Part shown: positions 56,933-64,000 of the stretch, piece by piece | How the letters are laid out: every line of letters starts with the position of its first letter | Position numbering within the stretch: the first letter of the stretch is position 1 | Assembly: GCA_963693365.1 (NCBI GenBank) | Contig: CAVNZM010000009.1 | Location: 5,462,245 to 5,526,244 of the forward strand | Direction of reading: 5' to 3' | Length of the DNA: 64,000 nucleotides | Source of the DNA: Amoebidium appalachense | Taxonomy: Eukaryota; Protista; Ichthyosporea | Translations under genes and position numbers: made by a program | The notes under the pieces: model-generated | What the model saw: only the letters and a program-made list of their open reading frames with translations | The model's database searches: none | Told to the model about the DNA's origin: nothing

Positions 56933-57125
56933 GGGGGAAGGGGGGTACGCGACACACAATGAGTGCTAGGTGGCCCGAGGGCCGCGGGGTGTCCAGACAC
57001 AGGCCAAAGTACTTCCACACGGCTGCAGCCCGGCCGGCAGGCAGCTGCCGTAGCAGCTCTTGCGTGGCGGGGCGCAGCAGCTGGGCGGCAGAAAGAGGGG
57101 CGGGCATGGTGGCGAGGGGCAACAT
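51860..57125 (-). CDS. pepD: Aminoacyl-histidine dipeptidase (PepD, peptidase M20C), about 20 exons
   Basis: Spliced motifs in order: VWKYF..[123 protein letters not shown]. All metal ligands appear present. Confidence 0.93.
53600..54655. repeat. Intronic minisatellite, ~40-bp unit, >20 copies
   Basis: ATATGGGCATAATTGATATATGTGGGCCTAGTGGGTCCAT in tandem with no unique spacers. Confidence 0.95.
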
Positions 57126-57597
57126 GGGGTATGGCAGTGGACACGTGTCTGTGTGTGATGGCTGCAGGCCAATGTCTTGATGCAGTCATGTTTTATGTTC
57201 ACTGTTTGGTCTGTGGTGCTGACGTCACTGCTGTGCGTCTGGCAGCTCACAGCGCCTACCTACAGCAAAACAATGACTTTGAAGTATGTACTTGCAGACT
57301 ATTCCACTGTGGCTCACCATGGCTCACGATCCAGCCAATGAAAGAGGCAGCCGCTCACCGTCAGTCTTGTCGACACAAACGCAATGTACTGACAACGACA
57401 ACAATAAAACTAACAATAACTAAATATAGTGACAGTGCACGGTGCTCGTCTCTAGACTGGCGACTGACTGTGACCTGTTTTCACTGGTCTATGACTGGTA
57501 GCAGCCAAAACACAGCGCAGTGTTGAAGGCTCCTGCACACCACCCCCCACCTCTCTGAGACAAAGATAGCAGCACGGCCAGGTGGCGTGCCCAGGCC

Positions 57598-58835
57598 ATG
57601 GCCAGCCCGCTGACTGTGCAGGCCTGCCAGCTGGCCCACGTGTCCACGCCTGCCGCCTGCCCTGCGCTGCGTGCATTTGTGCAGGGGGCCGAGCTGCTGC
57701 TGGCGTTTGGCGTGGCCGAGGACTTCAGCCTGGCCCAGGCCGTGTGCAGCTACGGCTACTTTGGCCTGGCGCCAAACACGTGGACACCAGCAAAGGACAC
57801 AGACGACGACCACGGCTGGCTGCTGCGCCTTCTGAGGTAAGAAATGGGGGCAGGGGGGTGGGGGTTAGGGGTAGGGGGACTGTTGCTGAGGGCCGGGCAG
57901 GTACGGGCGGCAGCAGGAACACGTGCTTGTTGCGGCCGTGTTCCAGGACAGGCTGCTGCAGGACGCTGCCCCCAGCCCGGCCAAGCGTGCACGCAGGGCA
58001 CGCGCCTGCATAGAACAGCCGGCCTCGGGGCGGTCCAAACTCGTGTGTGTGGCCCTGGCCTACCCGGCCACCTGCACACGCAGGCACAGGTGCGGCTGGA
58101 GAAGGAGGGGAGGCATGTGGCCCTGTGGCAGGGCGGTGCTGACGAAGGTGTGCACAGGCCCAGCAGGCAGCAGCAGCACGAGCTGGTGGCAGGGGTGCGG
58201 CGTATGGTAAGGGCAGACATGGACCTGCGCCCCTGGCACGCCCTGCACCCTGACGCCAGGCAGAGAGGCTTTGGCCGCACGTACGTTTTTTTTTTTTTTT
58301 TTGGGGGGGGGGGGGGGGGGGGAAGGGGGTGGTCTTAGAGATGGGGATGGGCTGAGGGAGGGGTGGGCAGGTACCGCAGCCCCACGCTGTTTGAGGACCT
58401 GGTCAAGACCATCACAAACTGCAACATGAGATTCAGTGGCACCGTGCGCATGAACAGCCTGTTGTGTGCCGAGCTGGGTCGCCATGGGGCGTTTCCGAGC
58501 CCCTGGGAGCTTGCGGCTGTGGAGCCTGCAGACCTGCAGGCGCGCTGCAAGGTGGGCTACCGGGCAGGCCGCATAGTGGCCCTGGCCAGGGCCGTGGTAG
58601 CCGGCACCCTGGACCTGGCCTGGTACGAGCACACGGCCCGCACGGCTGATGAGGTGGGTGGCCGGGGGGGCAGGGGGCGGGGGGAGGGGGTGCTGAGGGG
58701 CTGGCAGGTGTTTGTGGCGCTGCAGGGGCTGGAAGGGTTCGGGCCGTTTGCAGCCAAAAACGTGCTGCAGCTACTGGGCTTCTTCGAGCACATACCTGCA
58801 GACAGCGAGACAGTCAGGTGCTTACATACACATTC

Positions 58836-58882
<47 letters not shown>

Positions 58883-59160
58883 ACACACACACAAACCTCC
58901 ACACCCACACCCACACCCACACCCACACACTGCCAGCCCCAAAAAGCAGCCCAGCTGACGGGGCAGGCAGGCACTTCAAGGAGGAGCACGGTGCGGGGGT
59001 TAAGAAGGTGGGGGAGGTGGTTGGGCTGGCGGCCGAGCGCTATGCGCAGTATGCCCCGTACCAGTTCCTGGCCTACTGGTTCGACCTGTGGCGCGCCTAC
59101 GAGCGCCAAAAGGGCCGCCCCTCTCCCTACTGGCAGCCGGCCCAGGTCGTCGACTTTTGA
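57598..59160 (+). CDS. HhH-GPD superfamily DNA glycosylase-like protein, 6 exons
   Basis: Exons ~57598-57836, 57901-58089, 58158-58280, 58371-58653, 58708-58817, 58971-59160. Motifs: AVCSYGYFGLAPN, GRTYRSPTLFEDLVK, FPSPWEL, VGYRAGRI, HhH LEGFGPFAA, IPADSET, APYQFLAYW. Confidence 0.88.
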
Positions 59161-60190
59161 GCACCTGGGTGGCTACGGTGTGTGCTGGCTGCCAGTGTGC
59201 CCCCAGCCACAACCTGGAACTGCTGGGGGCCAGGTGCACTGCCGGCTCCCCCACTACCACGGACCTTGCAGCCCAATAAAGAGTGTCTCGGCTCAGACGA
59301 GGTGCAGGGCCACGCAGGCTGGGTGCATTGCCCGAGTGTCGTCTTTTTGTGCCACTGCACACTAATATATATGACTTTGAGACACACCCACTGTGGGTGG
59401 CCACGTGGTGTCTCGGTCGCACGTGCTTGGCTCAGCAACTCCATTTCCCTCTTGTGCGCGTGATGTCTGCCCTCTGGGCGGGAAACTTGCACGTCGCACA
59501 CGGGACCCAGGCGCAAAACAACACGTGTGTGCCAGAAGGGTGAGGCTTGCGCTGTGCGTGCTAAGGGCTCTGACGTGTGACTGCAGCCAGTGGCTGCACA
59601 AGAACAACCCCGGCCCTGTGCTTGGCAAGGCCCAGATAGGGTCAGTCTTAGTCTCCTTGGCTACGGCAGCAGTGCTCAGCACAAGAACTATAAGGTGGGC
59701 GGATCATATATATGTGCTTGCTGAGACAGCCACTGTCGAGGGCATGAGGGAGGAGCCTCAGCTGCAGTACCACGGGTGCGCTGCCTGGGGTGACGGGTGT
59801 ACTGTCGGAAGGAATCTGCGCAGGAATGCGGCTCACGGAGGACGGGGCCATCCGTGCACAAGATGCGGCCTGGAGGCTTCAAAATCATTCATACTATTCA
59901 GTACGATAGATAGGTAGGCAAGACCTGAGAAGGGGACCCTCCTTGTAAAGCCCAGCACCTCCACGACACAGCCTGCACAGGCCAGCGAGCAGACAGACAG
60001 CGGTGTGTGCCGGCGCTGCAAGTGTGGCAGAGTGGACATAGGACTAAGAGACCTCAGTGTGCCCCAACTACCTTCGGAGGTAGCTCTTTGTTTTTCAAGG
60101 GCCCGGAGAGAGCGGCTGAGCAGCCAGCGTCGATTTATTCGTACATAGGCTAGAGGGCACAGTCAGGACGTGCCTGACGAGTGTGGCGCC

Positions 60191-60799
60191 ATGCAACTGC
60201 CTCTTCTGCTGCTGGGCGCTGTTGCGGCCACGGCCCAGACCACGGGGGGGCTGTGTGGCTGCGGGCAGGTGCTGGGCACGCTGGACCAACTGCTGCCCTC
60301 GCACCCGTCAGCCAGTGCCCTCAACAGGTGCACTAGCCTCCCCCCCCCCCCCTTATTTGTGTTATCTACCCTCTCCCCCTTTACCTGCTATCTTTAGCAC
60401 GTGCTGACTCTGGGCCGCAGCTACGCCTACGCCATAGGCCCGCGCAAGGTCACGGCACAGCGGTTCCGCAACCCAGCCGGGCACGAGTTCACGGCCGTGG
60501 CGGCCGTAGGGGCGGTTGGGCTGCAGCGCACGGCCTGGGCATCGGAGGAGGCCACGTGGTACGCTGGCTACCGCTGGCACGTGCTGCACAACCCGGCCTG
60601 CCCGCCCGGCCTGCAGCACGCCGGCTGGCACTTTGTGGCCACCACCCGGCCACGGCCCGGCAGCGGGCGGCTGGAGCGGTTTGACCTGCTGCTGGCCGAC
60701 CGGCTGCACGCCTGCAACGACCCGCCCCTGGACCTGGCCGCAGACCAGCTGCATTGGGCCCTGGCCAGGAACACAACCCTAAGCGCTGCAGCGGCCTAG
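60191..60799 (+). CDS. Secreted cereblon-like CULT (thalidomide-binding) domain protein, 2 exons
   Basis: Exon 1 60191-60268 (signal peptide + LCGCGQ); phase-0 intron to 60397. Exon 2 has FRNPAGHEF, EATWYAGYRW and HAGWHF, matching CULT NPxG, WFPGYxW and HxGWxF. Confidence 0.82.
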
Positions 60800-62049
60800 G
60801 ACACAGCCACCTGGGTGCTCCCCTGGAGGTTGCGCCACACAGGTGGCTGGGCCGTGTCACGGCACAGCACAGGGCAGCCGGGCTACGGTAGCCATAAATA
60901 GCAGCAGGTCAACGGTAGCCATTTTTAACAGCAGGGCTATGGCATATAATATAGGTTCAGTTGGTTTATGGTGCATCGGGTGGCAGCAGGCCCTAAGCTT
61001 CCATATAATGGCCTCAGGTTTACTTGTGTTCTGTATAATGGCAGCCATGTGGCTCCTTAATAAGGCAAGGGTAGCCCTCCTTGCGGAGGCGCCTTGAAGG
61101 CAGCGACTGCTCACTTTCCTGCCTGCGCAGTCGGGACGTGCTAGGTCACTGAGGATAAAGCGGCACCAAGTCTGTGGTGTGTCACATAACAAACAGCAGC
61201 AGTGCTATGGGGTGTTACACGAATTGTTCTGTCTCTATTGCACAGCATGGCTGCAACCATATGCTACACAGCAGCAGCAGGTGTGTTCCATTTTGATATT
61301 ATAGCAGCTGGTACCTATCACTTGGGCGGCAGTTGTTGCCTTACGGCAAGTAGAACAGCAGGGGTTCTATTCGCTGGTTGGCTTCATAACGAGAGGCTTT
61401 GCATGGCCCCCATGACCCTGGCCGTGTGGTAAGTGCAGCAGCAGAGAGCAGGGGCCATGCTTTCAGTGCCTGCCTTACGCTGGGCCCAAGCGGTGGCTGC
61501 ATAGGGGCCTGGAGCAGAACTCAGTCTGACGACGTGCACGGACAAGAAAAGGGGGGGAGGGGGGGGGGGGGTTGCAGTTATACCAAGAGCTGTGAACAAG
61601 CAGCTATCACCAGGATAGGGCTTTAATAGCGTCATACTATCTTAGTTTCTACCAACTGTCGTCTCTGGTATACACCTACAAGGCCTCCAGATTAGTTTTT
61701 CAAAGTAGCGTCACCTCCACAAGGGTTCTTTGCCAGTCACATATCCCCAGCACAAGTTATGTTGTCACTAGAATAATTTTTCAACGGTGCGAGCCCAAAG
61801 GTCTCGCTATGCTGTCTCTATGGTGGTTCGGGGTCCATTACAGTGCTATCTAGGCACAGTGTTGTACGACTATTGCTCTATATGCACTAACCTGCAATGC
61901 TCCTGTGGTCATGCGTCTATGTTATGAGTCCTAAACAAAAACTACCCTGATAGATAACACTCCCACTCAAGGTGCCCATAGCAGGTTATTGTGGTTAAGC
62001 TTGATGTGCTTTACCATTGCATTCATACCAGGTATTGCTGTGGTGCCAC

Positions 62050-62463
62050 TCAGTAGTGCAGCAGCAGGTCTGGGGGCAGGCAGGTGCCCGGGGCCAGCAG
62101 GGTGATAGTGCTTGCATGGTGTGCCAAATGCCGCCGCCCACAGCGACACCAGCTGACCAGCAGCCCGCCGGCCGTGTCCCGTGCAGTGTGGCGCACGGCC
62201 AGCTGGCTGTGCAGCTCCACGTGGCACCCCGCCGGCCCCGGGAGGCTGGCCCATGCCCGCCCGCTGGCCCGAGTCTTTGCGTCTGCGGCGGCAAAGCAGG
62301 CCAGGGCCCGGTCCACCTGCACCACGGGGCCGGCCAGCACCTGCTGGTAGGCCTGCAGCAGCTGCCGCGCACTCTCGGCCGCGCTGCGGTGCACGCGGCC
62401 AAAGTAGCCCGCACTGGGCCCGGCTGGCCGCATGGGCACGGCGGGCTGTGCACCCGGCAGCAT
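62050..62463 (-). CDS. Hypothetical intronless protein, ~137 aa
   Basis: GC-rich ATG-started ORF (MLPGAQPAVPMR...LLLHY*) with codon style like neighbouring exons. No motif recognised. Confidence 0.45.
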   Translation of the reverse strand: MLPGAQPAVPMRPAGPSAGYFGRVHRSAAESARQLLQAYQQVLAGPVVQVDRALACFAAADAKTRASGRAWASLPGPAGCHVELHSQLAVRHTARDTAGGLLVSWCRCGRRHLAHHASTITLLAPGTCLPPDLLLHY

Positions 62464-62876
62464 GGTGCCGTTGATGGAGGCAAGGAGGTAGCAGAAGCAA
62501 ACCACAGCTGGGAAACGGCGCCCACCCGCTCAAGGGGGGCCGCTAACGTAGTTTGTACGCAGCCAAGTACAGATAGACCGAAGCCAGAACTGTCTTTACA
62601 CGCTCAAACGCTCCACTTACTCTACGGAATTAGTAAGAGTTACCTTTGCTTGGAGCTCGAGCGTGCGGCCTGCATGAGCTGCCTACTTATGTGACGGGTT
62701 ACATATATAGGCGAGGGCCTTCATGAATCATGATGTGACCGTGCCATATGTTGTGATTGGCCGGCTGCTTGGAGCCTGTTACCATTGGTGGATCTAAAAT
62801 AAGAGACGCGCTTTGATTGGCTGAGCAGTGGCATGCCCGTCACCCTAGACCGTGGCTCCATTAGCCCCCCTGTAAT

Positions 62877-63463
62877 GGGCCGCTTCACGTGGGGGCTAGA
62901 ATTTAGATAATGGGAATCTAGATAATTAGCGTTAAAAAATGTCCACTCCGATCGATCGCTTTAAATTTAATGCATTCCATCAGGGTCTAGAATCTGGATG
63001 CCCATCTTCCAGATGTCGCAATCTGGAAGAGGGGGGAGGGGGGGTCTTCCAGATGTCTGGAGCCAATCTAGAAATTGAACTGATTTCCGATTGGTCGGCT
63101 GCATTTTCTCTAGACCAATCAATGACCTTATTGAAGATCATTGGTCCAAAAGGGTTTTTTGCATACCTGTGCTATGCTGTAGTTTCTGTCTTCTGTTTTG
63201 TTATGAAGCTTTCAGCGATACGTATATATAAACCTTGCAAAAAATATTAATATGCATATTTATAAGCTTATAAAATATTTATCACAGTCTCAGTGTTAAG
63301 TTTTTACATTTATTTATTAAACAAAGCAAGAAACAATGTAGAGTTTCTAAATTATCTAAATCATACCTGTGCGAACCGGAACAATTTAAAACGTTCTAAA
63401 TTGTCAATTTAGAACTTCTAGATTTGCCGCATTTCTAAATCTAGCCCCGAGGTGAAGCGGCCC
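62877..63463. mobile_element. MITE with ~30-bp TIRs and AAT target duplication, related to 45016-45381
   Basis: Left end GGGCCGCTTCACGTGGGGGCTAGAATTTAGA; right end TCTAAATCTAGCCCCGAGGTGAAGCGGCCC. AAT flanks both sides. Internal 63001-63060 matches ~45205-45260 inverted. Confidence 0.88.
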
Positions 63464-63873
63464 AATCAAATGATTAATCTTCAACGTTAATCACATTTGC
63501 GGCGCTTCCACCGACTTACCCAGCAGCCCAAAAATACATGTTAAGTAGGCAAAAAGTTGGTTTTGCTAGTCAAGAAAACGCCTATGTAATTGTTTTTGGG
63601 TTTTTATGTCTATAATATCCATGTTTATTATACACCTTCGAGAAGAGGTGCGAGCGTAAAAGAAGATTAATCAATCCGAGAAGAAGATTAATCACAGCGG
63701 CTGGATCCCGCGGCACATGCATGTGATCGGCAGCCGGCCGCGGCTCACGAAGCTCACGTGTTAATTGTGCGCGCACAGCGTCATGTGTGAGGTACTCTCT
63801 CACTTTCTCTGTATGTGTGTGTGTGTGTGTATGTGTGTGTGCTGTGTGTGTGTCTGTGTGCTGGTGTGTGCGT

Positions 63874-63935
<62 letters not shown>

Positions 63936-64000
63936 ACATGTGTGCCTAGGCCTGTGCATATGCCTATATAGACAAGCACACATACGGGCGTGTGTGGTGC

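Noticed and set aside
59400-60050. 174-aa ORF and Cys-rich fragments
   Set aside because: No convincing start, splice pattern or motif.

Overview
Eukaryotic nuclear DNA: short GC-rich exons separated by introns packed with (CA)n/(GT)n, poly-G/C and intron-specific minisatellites. Most six-frame ORFs are repeat artefacts, so I assembled genes by hand from GT-AG junctions and protein motifs. Genes supported: a 22-exon homoaconitase (LYS4-like, alpha-aminoadipate lysine pathway), a Max/Mxd-like bHLH-ZIP protein that appears to end in a PHD finger, a ~200-aa tropomyosin, TM9SF2/4, VPS20/CHMP6, a PacC/Rim101-like zinc-finger protein fused to a SAM domain, an intron-rich bacterial-type PepD dipeptidase, an HhH-GPD glycosylase, a secreted cereblon-type CULT protein and one orphan ORF. 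Mobile DNA includes a decayed APE-RT LINE ending in (CA)n, two related MITEs with 3-bp ANT target duplications, and a 96-bp inverted repeat pair bracketing the homoaconitase gene. The mix of fungal-like and animal-like genes suggests a unicellular opisthokont such as an ichthyosporean; this is inference only. The most unusual signals are intronic tandem arrays that multiply the 3' splice site itself in several genes, and two unfamiliar transcription-factor architectures. Exon boundaries were read by eye and may be off by a few bases.
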